Below are positions 12,376 to 21,995 of a stretch of 64,000 nucleotides of DNA, piece after piece. The notes beneath the pieces are model-generated. The model worked only from the letters and a program-made list of their open reading frames with translations. It did no database searches and was not told where the DNA came from. Made by a program: the position numbers and the translations under genes. Numbering within the stretch: the stretch's first letter is position 1; the number at the start of each line of letters is the position of its first letter. Source of the stretch: Bacillota bacterium (lineage in GTDB: Bacteria; Bacillota; SHA-98; UBA4971); the NCBI GenBank assembly GCA_014360195.1, contig JACIXY010000003.1, positions 83,692-147,691 on the forward strand, given 5' to 3'.

Positions 12376-13425
12376 TTACTTTGCGGGCATCTTGCCGGTC
12401 TGCCTCAGGTAGTCGAAGAAGGACTCCTGGTCAGCGAACACCTTTGTGCAGTGGAATTTCAGGAACGGGCTAACGCGCTCCTTGAAGATCGCGTAAACCT
12501 CCTTGTTGTTCGTAGAGCCGTAGATGATCTCACAGAGCACCCCCGGGGATGTCTTGTCCGTCGGATAGTACACGACCACCATGTCGCTCTGGTCGATCAG
12601 CATATAGTCGCGGATGACCGTCTGGTCGGCTATCTCGCCCCTATCTGACGGCGTGATGGCGAACTCCGGACCTATCTCGGAAAGGTTGTAACTCTTCGAC
12701 TCGTCCTTGCCCACGCCATACGAAAGCTCTGTGTCCTCAACAGCAAGCGGGTCGAAGACCTCAAAGTGCTCCCTCAGCCTGTCCCGAAACTCCCTCACTT
12801 CCTGCATCTTCACGGCGTCGTTGTGCATTAGAGTTATCGGGAAGCTCAAGTATATCTTGGGAACCTCAGGCCTGAACATCAGGTTGTAAACGGTGCTCGC
12901 AGGCTGACCCACCGCCACAACGTAGTGCGGCTTTCGCTGGTAGGATGCCATCATCTTCGTGACGAAGATCTCCTCGTCCCGCCAGATGAGGATGTCCTTT
13001 AGTGACAGCCGTCCCCTCCACACAGGCGATTCATCCAGCCTTTTCGATACGTTGAGGATGCTATCGATAATCGTCACGTAAAGGTCGGGCTTGAGTTCGT
13101 TCAGATAATGCACGTCAAACGCGGGCATGAGGTAATTCTTCCAGCGGAAGCAGCCGTGCGTGGAAATGATGCAGTTCTCGACTTTCTCGGCCTTCTTGAG
13201 AATCTCCTCAAATACCGCCGCCCGAAGCGACCTCAGCGTAGACGGTGAGAGATCCAGAATCTTCTCTGGACTCGTGGGGCTCTCCAACTCATCCGCTTTC
13301 TTGAACATAAGGTCGCCGACGTTGAACAGGTGGACCTTCTTGCCAAGCGCCTCTGAAGTGGCAAGCGCCCCCTTGAGGTACTCGAGCTTTCCTGAGCCGC
13401 TGGTGCCTGTGCATATGACCTTCAC
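12376..13425 (-). CDS. Two-domain protein: N-terminal P-loop kinase-like domain (Walker A GTSGSGK) fused to a C-terminal nucleoside 2-deoxyribosyltransferase/SLOG-like Rossmann domain. Lower GC than its neighbours.
   Basis: VKVICTGTSGSGKLEY at the N-terminus. The C-terminal segment SDMVVVYYPTDKTSPGVLCEIIYGSTNNKEVYAIF resembles the NDT/LOG/SLOG core with a conserved Glu. GTG start at 13425 with RBS AGGAGGGG. GC is about 50-53% against about 65% in the flanks, and the protein is K/I/N/Y/F-rich. Confidence 0.5.
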   Translation of the reverse strand: MKVICTGTSGSGKLEYLKGALATSEALGKKVHLFNVGDLMFKKADELESPTSPEKILDLSPSTLRSLRAAVFEEILKKAEKVENCIISTHGCFRWKNYLMPAFDVHYLNELKPDLYVTIIDSILNVSKRLDESPVWRGRLSLKDILIWRDEEIFVTKMMASYQRKPHYVVAVGQPASTVYNLMFRPEVPKIYLSFPITLMHNDAVKMQEVREFRDRLREHFEVFDPLAVEDTELSYGVGKDESKSYNLSEIGPEFAITPSDRGEIADQTVIRDYMLIDQSDMVVVYYPTDKTSPGVLCEIIYGSTNNKEVYAIFKERVSPFLKFHCTKVFADQESFFDYLRQTGKMPAK

Positions 13426-13481
13426 CCGAACCCCTCCTGACAAGAACGTTCGACACCCGTTGGTAGACTCCTCCTCCACTC

Positions 13482-14828
13482 CTACCCTGCGAACCGCTCC
13501 AGCACCAAAGCCATAAACTTGATGCCTTCCAGGAAATCCGATACGTTGACGTTCTCGTCCGGACCGTGCACACGCGATTCTGGGTTACCGATACCGACGC
13601 CCACGGCGGGCGTGCCGAACTGGGCTGCAACCTGGTACATCGGGCCCGTGCCTGCGGAGGTCGGGTACACCGACGGTTCTTTCCCGAACAGTTCCGCACT
13701 TGCCTCCCTGATCACCTTCACTATCCGCGAGTTTGGGTCTGTTCTTGCAGGATGTTCCGCGCCAAGCCACGTCACGCGGAAGTCGCCGTAACCCTTCACT
13801 TTGAGATAGTCCTCGAACTTCCTCGCTATGTCGTCGGGCCGCTGATCCGGCACCAGGCGCATGTCCAGCTTGGCCATGGCCTTGCTGGGTAAAACGGTCT
13901 TCGAGCCAGGCCCCTCATACCCAGCCGAGAGGCCGCATACGTTGCACGTGGGCTCGAAGTAAAGCCGCTTTAAGACGTCCTTGCCGGCGAGGTCCAGCAC
14001 GAACCGGTCGATGCCGAATAGCTTCGCCAGGCGCTCGGGGCTTGCGGGAAGCTTCTCGATGAGCTCGACGTCCTCCGGGCCAGGCTGGCAGACGTCATCG
14101 TAGAACCCCGGGATAAGGATCTCCTCCTTCTCGTTCTTGAGAGAGTTCAGTGCCCAGAGGAGCCTCCACACGGGGCTAGGCACGACGGCGGCAAGGGAAG
14201 AATGCAGATCGTAGCTGCCTCCTTCCACCTCTATGTGGGCGTAGCAAAGCCCCTTGCAGCCCAGCGTGAGCTCGAGCCTGCCGTCCTCCTCACGACCTCC
14301 CGTCTCCCATATGCACGCGTCGGCACGGAAGGCCTCCGGGTGCTCCTTCGCGTAACGATCAAGGTTGGGACTGCCGATCTCCTCCTCGCCCTCGGCGACG
14401 AACTTCACCGTCACAGGAAGCTTTCCTCTAACCTTGAGAAGCGCCTCGGCTGCCTTCACACGCGCCATGAGATCCCCCTTGTTGTCAGCGGCGCCCCGCG
14501 CGTACAGCTTCCCACCGTCGATCTCAGCGCCAAACGGGTCGTGCCGCCACCTGTCGAGAGGCTCCGGCGGCTGGACGTCGTAATGGTTGTAGAAGAGGAC
14601 AGTCTTCTCCTGGTCGCCCGGTATCTCCGCCGTGACAAGCGGCGCGGCCCCCTCTATGCGGAAGACCTGCACTTTCGCCCCCAGGGACGAAAACATTCGC
14701 TCGACGATATTGGCGGCATCCTCCACCCCCTTGCCCTGGGCGGAGATGCTGGGCTGCCGCAAGAAGGCTTGCAGCTCCTTGACGAACCTAGGTGCGTGCC
14801 GATCCACATAATCGAAGACATCTTTCAT
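13482..14828 (-). CDS. M20 family metallopeptidase (dipeptidase / ArgE-DapE-like)
   Basis: HYDVQPP, GAADNKG and EGEEEIGS motifs. The preferred start MKDVFDYV at 14828 overlaps the upstream gene end by 4 nt. Confidence 0.75.
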   Translation of the reverse strand: MKDVFDYVDRHAPRFVKELQAFLRQPSISAQGKGVEDAANIVERMFSSLGAKVQVFRIEGAAPLVTAEIPGDQEKTVLFYNHYDVQPPEPLDRWRHDPFGAEIDGGKLYARGAADNKGDLMARVKAAEALLKVRGKLPVTVKFVAEGEEEIGSPNLDRYAKEHPEAFRADACIWETGGREEDGRLELTLGCKGLCYAHIEVEGGSYDLHSSLAAVVPSPVWRLLWALNSLKNEKEEILIPGFYDDVCQPGPEDVELIEKLPASPERLAKLFGIDRFVLDLAGKDVLKRLYFEPTCNVCGLSAGYEGPGSKTVLPSKAMAKLDMRLVPDQRPDDIARKFEDYLKVKGYGDFRVTWLGAEHPARTDPNSRIVKVIREASAELFGKEPSVYPTSAGTGPMYQVAAQFGTPAVGVGIGNPESRVHGPDENVNVSDFLEGIKFMALVLERFAG

Positions 14829-16666
14829 CCGAACCTTGAACCCCCTGACATCGAGTGATGCCTGCGCCTCCGCACGCCCCTCGGGGAAACTTCGGCACGG
14901 CGGCGAAGCCACCACGCGCCGACCGAAAGCCCCGTGAGAACCGGCGATGACGCACCGATCACCGTCGTCTGAAGCAAGTCAACGTAATACTTGAACGCCC
15001 TGTGAAAGTCGGGCAGATGCCGGGTGAACCTTGCGCCGTCACCTGCCACAAACATGGCAACCTGGAGGACAAGGGCGAACACGATCAGGTAAACGCAGGT
15101 CAAGCCCGTAAGAAGCGCGTCAAGGGGCCGCCTGCGCGTCTCCCACGCGAGCCACCCCGAGACCGCTACGGCAAGCACCCCGCACAGGGCCGAGTCCGCC
15201 ATCCTCCAGGTGAAGAACGGCGCAACCTCGCTTTCGCTATTGAACATGCTCATGGAGAACGCGATGCCGCGCACGAGCACGAGGCCATAAAACGCGGCAA
15301 AGTAGATGGCCGCTCCAATGACAGGGATTCTCATGTTTCGAGCGCTCCAACCCGCGAGGATCGCAAGCCCCCACGCAAGCCCGCCGAGCACGACAACGGT
15401 GGCAGGTATGCTCACGAGCCTCCGCGCGCCGAGAAACCGCTGGCGCGCGCTGGATATCGCCTTCACCATCCGGCTGTCGATCTCCAGGGCAAGCTCGGTT
15501 GCCTCGGTATACTTGCCGTCATTGTGAAGGAGGGCAGCGCTGGAGACAGGCTCGACGGTCGGAAGCCTCCTTCCGAGCACGCGGAGGTACCCTTCGGCGA
15601 AAGCTCGCCTCGCCGCGGCCTGCCTTATCGCTCTCTCAGAGACCACGTGCGGGGCCGCGTCAATCCCCTCGAAGAGGACCCTGCCCTGCGAGTGCGTGGG
15701 AACAGAGGTGCCGAGGAGCGCCGCGCAGGTGGGGGCCACGTCCACATGGCGGGCGGGCATCCATGAAATCTCCGCCCCAGGGTGCTCAGGCGTGACTATC
15801 CCCGCCCCGGCCGCCACCAGCGGGACCTGGACGACATCCTCCTCCCAGCCTCCGTGCCCGCCTCGTAGCGTGTGCCCGTGATCAGATGTCACGACTATGG
15901 TGTCGCTGGTGAGATCAAGGTTAGCCAGGATCTTCCCAACCCTCGCGTCCACCTCGGCCGATGCGGTCTCATAGGCGGCGCTCGCAGCGCCCGAGGTGTG
16001 CCCGGCAGCGTCCACTGACGAGAAGTGCACAACGAGGAACCGGGCGTCGCCCCGCTCGATCTCCCCGAGAGCGGCACGAAGGACCTCATCGTCGGCCTTC
16101 TTGCTCGCAGCGACATCCTCCGCCGCAACCGCATCGACGTATGTCGCCCGCGCAACGGATGCGCCGAAAAGAACCTTCCAATCCTCGCTCGCGGCGAGGG
16201 CGGTCTTAACCCCGGCGCGTCGCGCCGCATCGAAGAGGCTGTCCACGGGGACCGTGCCCTTGTATCCATTAGTGGTCACCCCCGATATCTCCGGAGGCGC
16301 GCCGGTGAGGAGCGTGGTCCATCCGGGATAGGAGAGTGACGGCTGGTTTACTAGAAGCGAAAACGCAGCGCCACGACTTCCGATGTCTTTCAGCACGGGC
16401 ATCTCATCCACTCCGGTAAATCCGAGCCCGTCAATTATCACGAGAACCAGTCTCCGCGTGACTCGTGCCGTGGCCTCGCCAGGCTCAATCGGGAAAGAAT
16501 ATGGGCTCCGGTAGCTTACCACGTCTTCCAGCCCCGATATGGCAAGGTGCCACGAGATGGCTCCCAGGCTTATCATGACGGCGAAGGCAAGGAGAATCAC
16601 TGTTTCCCTGCTTCCAAGCCCGCGGCCTCGAAGTCGCCTCGCCGTTCTCCCAACCGCACCCGACAT
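14825..16666 (-). CDS. Membrane alkaline-phosphatase-superfamily type I phosphodiesterase / nucleotide pyrophosphatase, with one N-terminal TM helix and a C-terminal polytopic membrane domain
   Basis: VLVIIDGLGFTG...SYPGWTTLLTGA...VVTSDHGH are PF01663-like motifs. About 5 predicted TM helices follow the catalytic core. Confidence 0.65.
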   Translation of the reverse strand: MSGAVGRTARRLRGRGLGSRETVILLAFAVMISLGAISWHLAISGLEDVVSYRSPYSFPIEPGEATARVTRRLVLVIIDGLGFTGVDEMPVLKDIGSRGAAFSLLVNQPSLSYPGWTTLLTGAPPEISGVTTNGYKGTVPVDSLFDAARRAGVKTALAASEDWKVLFGASVARATYVDAVAAEDVAASKKADDEVLRAALGEIERGDARFLVVHFSSVDAAGHTSGAASAAYETASAEVDARVGKILANLDLTSDTIVVTSDHGHTLRGGHGGWEEDVVQVPLVAAGAGIVTPEHPGAEISWMPARHVDVAPTCAALLGTSVPTHSQGRVLFEGIDAAPHVVSERAIRQAAARRAFAEGYLRVLGRRLPTVEPVSSAALLHNDGKYTEATELALEIDSRMVKAISSARQRFLGARRLVSIPATVVVLGGLAWGLAILAGWSARNMRIPVIGAAIYFAAFYGLVLVRGIAFSMSMFNSESEVAPFFTWRMADSALCGVLAVAVSGWLAWETRRRPLDALLTGLTCVYLIVFALVLQVAMFVAGDGARFTRHLPDFHRAFKYYVDLLQTTVIGASSPVLTGLSVGAWWLRRRAEVSPRGVRRRRHHSMSGGSRFG

Positions 16667-16708
16667 ACGATCCCTCTCCTCACAAGAGCGCCAGGCCCCA
16701 TCGTTTCT

Positions 16709-17584
16709 TTATTGGGTTTTCGACACACCTGACCTGTTCCCTCCACCCACGTCCGCGGCAAGCTCGCGCCACCTCCTGTCGAGGTCGTCCACGACGCTAT
16801 CAGGCACAGACACACCTCCAAGCACGGCAGGCTCATCGGGCGCGACGCCGTGGAAGTCACTTCCACCTGTAACGATGAGGCCGTGCCGCCTGGCGACCTC
16901 GACCCACCGCCTGGTGAGTTCAGAATCATGAGCCGGGTAGTATGCCTCGATCCCCTCAAGCCCCGCCTCGATGAGACCCTCGAGGAGAGCCTCTCCCGCC
17001 GTCCTCCCGGGGTGGGCCAGCACGGGCACACCCCTCGCCGCCCGCACCAGGCGGACAGCTTCCGTCGGGGTCAGCCCGTAATGCTCCACGTACGCGAGAC
17101 CCTCTTTCCCCAGGTATTTCTCGAAGTCGCCGTAGCGGCGCTCAGGCCTCGCATACCCCAGGTTCACCATGGCGCGAAAGATCTGGCTTCTTCCCACGAA
17201 ACCCTCCTTCCCAAGGCTTAAAACGTAAGGTAGGGAGATTTTTATTCCAAGCTTACCCAGTTTCTCCAGTATCCTCTTGGCCCTGGCGATCCTTCCCTGC
17301 CGCAGCATGTGAAGAGTCCCCAGGAACGTTGGCGACGACGTGTCAATATGGTAGCCGAGGATATGAACCTCGGCTTCCTCCACGTCGGTCGATAGTTCAA
17401 CGCCGGGTATAACGCGCACCCCCAACTTCACCCCAGCGGGCACCGCCTCCTGCACACCGTCAACGGTATCGTGATCGGTGAGCGCGATGGTCTTGACGTT
17501 CCTGTTGAATGCCAGTCGTACAAGCTCCTTTGGACAATAACGTCCGTCTGACGCCGTCGAGTGAACGTGCAGGTCAACCGCCAC
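16709..17584 (-). CDS. PHP-domain metal-dependent phosphoesterase (TrpH/YciV-like)
   Basis: VAVDLHVHSTASDG...ALTDHDT...GGSDFHG. GTG start at 17584 with RBS GAGGGGGA. The ORF-track start is a TTG further upstream. Confidence 0.7.
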   Translation of the reverse strand: MAVDLHVHSTASDGRYCPKELVRLAFNRNVKTIALTDHDTVDGVQEAVPAGVKLGVRVIPGVELSTDVEEAEVHILGYHIDTSSPTFLGTLHMLRQGRIARAKRILEKLGKLGIKISLPYVLSLGKEGFVGRSQIFRAMVNLGYARPERRYGDFEKYLGKEGLAYVEHYGLTPTEAVRLVRAARGVPVLAHPGRTAGEALLEGLIEAGLEGIEAYYPAHDSELTRRWVEVARRHGLIVTGGSDFHGVAPDEPAVLGGVSVPDSVVDDLDRRWRELAADVGGGNRSGVSKTQ

Positions 17585-17699
17585 CTGGAAATCCCCCTCG
17601 TATCCTCTGCAGGAACACAGGAGCCGCCCTCCTTGCGATCCCCGTACATGCAATTATTGCCCGCAAGTGTCGGTTTATTTCCCATGCCTGTGGACATAC

Positions 17700-18200
17700 T
17701 AGTAGTGCAAAGGTCCTCGTCGGGCCGAGCTAAGACCGCCGTGCGCCTTTTCCTGGGCGCTGCAGGCCCGGAAAGCCTCACGGCGATCGAGCGAAAGGTG
17801 GCACTTTGCCTTGCATCTGCAACGCTTGTGCCGCCCGAGCGAAGGTCAGCGTGCGGCCTCCCAAGGATCCGTCCGGGCCGGAAGGCCTTGCCGGGTTCGA
17901 AAGAAGTCGCCCCTGGCCGAGCCAAGACTCGCACTGGTCCGAAGGTAGTCTGTGTACGGTTGAAAGATCGTGTATGGTCTGCCCAGGATCTCTGCCGGTC
18001 GGTCAAAGGTTGCCTCCGGTTCTGTAATGTACTGCAGCTAGAGGTTGCCCCGGCCGGAAGGTCGTTGCAGCCTCGTTAGGGACTGGACGCAGCCGGCGAG
18101 AAGGTCCGTGAGGACCTTTGCCTTTCTCTTGTCCCTTGTGACTTTGAGATGTGCCGCCCCCAGCCCCTGAGAAGGAAATGGGTTGCCGGAAGGCAACCCG
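17700..18200. repeat. Non-coding array of 10 or more degenerate units of about 40-65 bp centred on CCG(A/G)AAGGT. Candidate structured or protein-titrating RNA, or a DNA-binding-site array.
   Basis: GCGAAAGGTGGC, GCGAAGGTCAGC, CCGGAAGGCCTT, CCGAAGGTAGTC, TCAAAGGTTGCC, CCGGAAGGTCGTT, CGAGAAGGTCCGT, TGAGAAGGAAATG, CCGGAAGGCAACC and others. No credible ORF on either strand. Confidence 0.3.
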
Positions 18201-18236
18201 TGACTCGTCTTGAAAACCCCGATTCTATGATATGGA

Positions 18237-18515
18237 CTATCTCGCGGCAACCTTGTCCTTGAGAGCCTTGCCGGCCCTGAACACCGGCACCCTGGATGCG
18301 GCGATCTTGATGGACGCGCCGGTCCTCGGGTTCCTCCCCGTGCGCGCAGCGCGCTCCCTTACTTCGAAAGTGCCGAATCCGACAAGCTGCACCTTGTCTC
18401 CGGAGGCAAGAGCGCTCTCCACAGCCTCGAGCGTCGCGCCGATGACCTTCTCGACATCTTTGCGCCTGGCGCCCGTCTGCTCGGCAACTTTCGCCACGAG
18501 CTCCGTCTTATTCAA
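18237..18515 (-). CDS. hup: DNA-binding protein HU
   Basis: [32 protein letters not shown]...[24 protein letters not shown] start with RBS GGAAGGAGGG. Confidence 0.9.
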   Translation of the reverse strand: MNKTELVAKVAEQTGARRKDVEKVIGATLEAVESALASGDKVQLVGFGTFEVRERAARTGRNPRTGASIKIAASRVPVFRAGKALKDKVAAR

Positions 18516-18666
18516 CTCCGTCCCTCCTTCCGCCCTGCGAATGCTCAGGTCATGCGGTTTTGCCTGACCTCCGCCATTTGCTATTCGATTCGATTCGGCA
18601 TTCTCCTTCTCACTGTGGCGAAAAATGTTGATATGACGCCATGTGCGTCGATGGAAAACCACGCCT

Positions 18667-19536
18667 TCAATTCTCTGGAAACGATCTTTCCACGACCTGA
18701 CCCGGCTTGCCCAGCACACCGATGTGGACCCCGTTGTAGGTCACATCTATTCCGCTGGCGTTGCCGACCTTGATCCGGATAGACTCCCTCGCTCGCCAGG
18801 TGGCTTGCTCCCCCGCGAGCATCGAGCGCTCGAAGATCACCTTCCCGTCGGCCACCACCCTCACCCAGCAGCGCTCGGTTATGGATACAGAAAGCTCGTG
18901 ACCTTCGCCGACCGGGGAACCTTCCTGCGTTGCAGGCCCCGCTGGTGATGGAGATGATGTCGTCGGCGCAGGTTGTGAAGTTGTCTTTCTTGCCGCCTGC
19001 AGGCCTGCCTCCGGCGGCACCTCTTCTGGACGCGCCTCCGGGAGGGCCTGGCCCTCCGACAAAACCAGGGCATCACCTGTCGCAACGTCCGTAGCACGTT
19101 CAACATGCTGAGCGTCCTGCGGACCGGACACCTCAGCCGGCCCTGCAGGCACGTGCCCATGGCGCCATACCGTGACGCCCACGACAACCGCCACCACAGC
19201 AACCGTTCCGAGGGCGATCAACAAGTGTCGCGGAATTCTGGCTTTTTTTGACACGTCTCGCCCTTTGTCGGGAGCTGCTTCCCGGGTCTTCTCCGCCTCG
19301 ATTCTGGCGCGCTCCGCTTTGTACCGCGCCACGACCTCATCCCCGCAAAGGCCCACCGCCTCTGCGTAGTTGCGAAGGAATCCCTTGACGTACACCTCCC
19401 CGGGGAGAGCCTCGAAGTCCCCTTGTTCTATCGCCTCCAGGTAGCGACTGCGTATCTTCGTGGCATCCTGCACGTCGGAAATGGTAAGCCCCCTGGCCTC
19501 CCGCGCTTTCCTCAGAAGCTCGCCGAGCTCTCGCAC
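18667..19536 (-). CDS. rodZ: RodZ-like cytoskeleton protein (XRE HTH + TM + DUF4115 C-terminal domain)
   Basis: [22 protein letters not shown], a central TM helix, and a C-terminal [15 protein letters not shown] domain. GTG 19536 with RBS GGGAGGGGG avoids overlap with ftsK. Confidence 0.65.
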   Translation of the reverse strand: MRELGELLRKAREARGLTISDVQDATKIRSRYLEAIEQGDFEALPGEVYVKGFLRNYAEAVGLCGDEVVARYKAERARIEAEKTREAAPDKGRDVSKKARIPRHLLIALGTVAVVAVVVGVTVWRHGHVPAGPAEVSGPQDAQHVERATDVATGDALVLSEGQALPEARPEEVPPEAGLQAARKTTSQPAPTTSSPSPAGPATQEGSPVGEGHELSVSITERCWVRVVADGKVIFERSMLAGEQATWRARESIRIKVGNASGIDVTYNGVHIGVLGKPGQVVERSFPEN

Positions 19537-19592
19537 GACGCATCCCCCTCCCGGCACGCTCTCGAACTTCTTCAACCTGCACGGTTCCTGCT

Positions 19593-21899
19593 TTATGAGT
19601 CGCGGCATGAATCGCGGGCTTTCGCCCGGATCGCGTCCCACCTTTCAAGGGTCATGAGGACCTTTCGCGGCTTGCTGCCCTCATACGGGCCCACAAGGCC
19701 TCTTGACTCCATGGCGTCGATAAGTCTCGCCGCACGCGTGTACCCTATCCTGAACCTCCGTTGAAGCTTCGAGATGGATGCTTCCTCCGTCTCCAGTATG
19801 AGCCTGACCGCCTCGTCGAAGAGCGGGTCCTCCTCGCCAAGGCTCTCACCGTCGGTAGCTTCCCTCGTCACGCTTTCGGCGACATACGTGGGCTTCGCCT
19901 GCGCTTTCACGAAGTCCACGACCGCCTCGATCTCCGAGTCCGAGACGTACGCACCCTGCACCCTGATGGGCTTGGGCGCTCCAACCGGGAAGAACAGCAT
20001 GTCTCCCTTCCCGAGAAGCCGCTCCGCGCCGCCCGTGTCCAGGATTACCCTGGAATCCACCTGGGACGGCACGGCGAAGGCGATCCGGGACGGTATATTC
20101 ATCTTTATGATCCCCGTGACAACATCAGCCGAAGGTCTCTGGGTGGCGAGCACCAGGTGAATCCCGGCCGCCCGGGCCATGAAGGCGAGCTGCGAGACAA
20201 CATCCTCCACGTCTTTCTGGGCCACCATCATGAGGTCGCCCAGCTCGTCTATGATGACGACTATGTAGGGAAGAGGCTTAGCGTCGGGATCATGCAGCTT
20301 GCCGGCCCTGCAAAGAGCGTTGTACCTCTCTATGTTCCTCACACCGTTTGCGCCGAGCAACCTGTAACGGTTGTCCATCTCCTGGGCGACCCACCTCAGA
20401 TATCCGCCGGCTTCTCTTGTACCGGTGACCACGGGCGCCAGGAGGTGGGGTATCCCGTCGTAAGTGGTGAGCTCCACGCGCTTCGGGTCTATCATGAGGA
20501 GCTTGACTTCTTCGGGCGTGGCCTTGAAAAGGATGCTTGCGATAAGGGCGTTGAGGCACACGCTTTTGCCTGAACCGGTGGCCCCCGCAACGAGCAGGTG
20601 AAGCATGTTCTCCAGGTCGCCGACCACGGGTTTACCCGCGATGTCCTTGCCCAGGGCTATGGCGAGCTTGCTCTTGTGCCTCTGGAACTCGCTCGATTGC
20701 AGCACCTCTCTCAGGTAGACGAAGGAGATCTCCGGGTTCGGGACCTCGATCCCAATGGCGGACTTGCCCGGTATCGGTGCCTCGAGCCGGACGCCTGACG
20801 AGGCCAGCGCCAGTGCGATGTCGTCGGTGAGGCTCATGATCTTGCTCACCTTGATGCCAGGAGCGGGCGTAAGCTCGTACCTGGTTACCACCGGACCCCG
20901 ATCGACCTGCGTGACCTTGCCCTTAACGCCGAAGCTGGCGAGCGTCTCCTCGAGCAACTTCGAGTGATCCGGCGTCTCCGCTTGCTTCCACCTAGCCGGT
21001 CGCGCAGGGTACCCGAGGAGGGTTATCGGCGGTAACACGTAGCCTCCGTCGCAGGGGGGTTCTAGCTTCTTACCAGGCACCACCGCGACGCCCCCGGCGG
21101 GGCCGCAAGTAGCGGGGGCCGCCTCTTCCTTCGCGCCGGCGCGCGGCCTCTTTGGGCGGGCCGTCCTCGCCTCGCCTGGCACCAGCGCTCCCTGCGCCTC
21201 GGCTGCGGACGCAGATGGCAAGCGGCGCTCACCCTCCTCCATGCCGGGCAACTCCGGCTCCTCGAAGAGGGGCAGGAGGATCCGCCGGGCGACGAACGAG
21301 GTCGCGCGCAAGAGCACGCGCACAAGCGCTATAAGGCCTCTTGCGCCCAGCTTCGACCCGCGCACCGCGGTCCTGGCGAGACCTGCGACAAGCCTCGGCA
21401 CGGGCACGTCGGCAGCTAGGCTGACGCCGGTAAGCAGTACGACGGTGCACGATGCCACAGCACCGACCTTCCCGACGGCCCACGAAAGCCATCTCGCGGT
21501 CTGCGAGCCTACCATCCCCGCACCAGCGAGACCCAGAAGCGCGGCGGCGATGCACAAAAGCCCGCTCGCACGCGCCGCAATCGCAGCCATCTCCCGTTCG
21601 ACCGCGATGTTGACTCCGACTGCCACGAGGAGCAGCGGTATGATCGCAGCCCAGTCACCTGCGATCGCCCGCAGTGCGAACGCCACTCTCTCACCTGCAG
21701 CCCCCGCGTCGTATCGGGCGCCTGGCAGCTCAGAAAGGAGGCATACGAGGCCAAACACACCGAGACCGGCGAAGAGCGTGCCCAGCACCGCCAGGAGGTG
21801 AGCGCGATACCTCCGTGCAGGATGCTTCGAGGAGAGCCCCTTCCTGCCTCTGCTTTCTTTTACATTTTCTTTAAACAGGCGTCTGGAAACTCCAGGCAT
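19593..21899 (-). CDS. ftsK: DNA translocase FtsK/SpoIIIE
   Basis: N-terminal TM helices, [17 protein letters not shown] Walker A, and a C-terminal gamma winged helix. Confidence 0.9.
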   Translation of the reverse strand: MPGVSRRLFKENVKESRGRKGLSSKHPARRYRAHLLAVLGTLFAGLGVFGLVCLLSELPGARYDAGAAGERVAFALRAIAGDWAAIIPLLLVAVGVNIAVEREMAAIAARASGLLCIAAALLGLAGAGMVGSQTARWLSWAVGKVGAVASCTVVLLTGVSLAADVPVPRLVAGLARTAVRGSKLGARGLIALVRVLLRATSFVARRILLPLFEEPELPGMEEGERRLPSASAAEAQGALVPGEARTARPKRPRAGAKEEAAPATCGPAGGVAVVPGKKLEPPCDGGYVLPPITLLGYPARPARWKQAETPDHSKLLEETLASFGVKGKVTQVDRGPVVTRYELTPAPGIKVSKIMSLTDDIALALASSGVRLEAPIPGKSAIGIEVPNPEISFVYLREVLQSSEFQRHKSKLAIALGKDIAGKPVVGDLENMLHLLVAGATGSGKSVCLNALIASILFKATPEEVKLLMIDPKRVELTTYDGIPHLLAPVVTGTREAGGYLRWVAQEMDNRYRLLGANGVRNIERYNALCRAGKLHDPDAKPLPYIVVIIDELGDLMMVAQKDVEDVVSQLAFMARAAGIHLVLATQRPSADVVTGIIKMNIPSRIAFAVPSQVDSRVILDTGGAERLLGKGDMLFFPVGAPKPIRVQGAYVSDSEIEAVVDFVKAQAKPTYVAESVTREATDGESLGEEDPLFDEAVRLILETEEASISKLQRRFRIGYTRAARLIDAMESRGLVGPYEGSKPRKVLMTLERWDAIRAKARDSCRDS

Positions 21900-21995
21900 A
21901 GCAGGACCTCCGTGCCGCCTTGGAGACTTCTACGCAGCCGCGCGAATTCCTCCACGGGGTTCGGCTGGCACGCCCGGCGCCCTGCTCCAACGATC

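Noticed and set aside
18165-18200. GGGTTGCCGGAAGGCAACCC hairpin, considered as a hup terminator
   Set aside because: No U-tract follows on either strand. It is more likely part of the GAAGG motif array or a MITE-core-related palindrome.
17654-18236. Possible CRISPR array
   Set aside because: Repeats are degenerate, of variable length and irregularly spaced, and there are no cas genes nearby. They are better described as a motif array.
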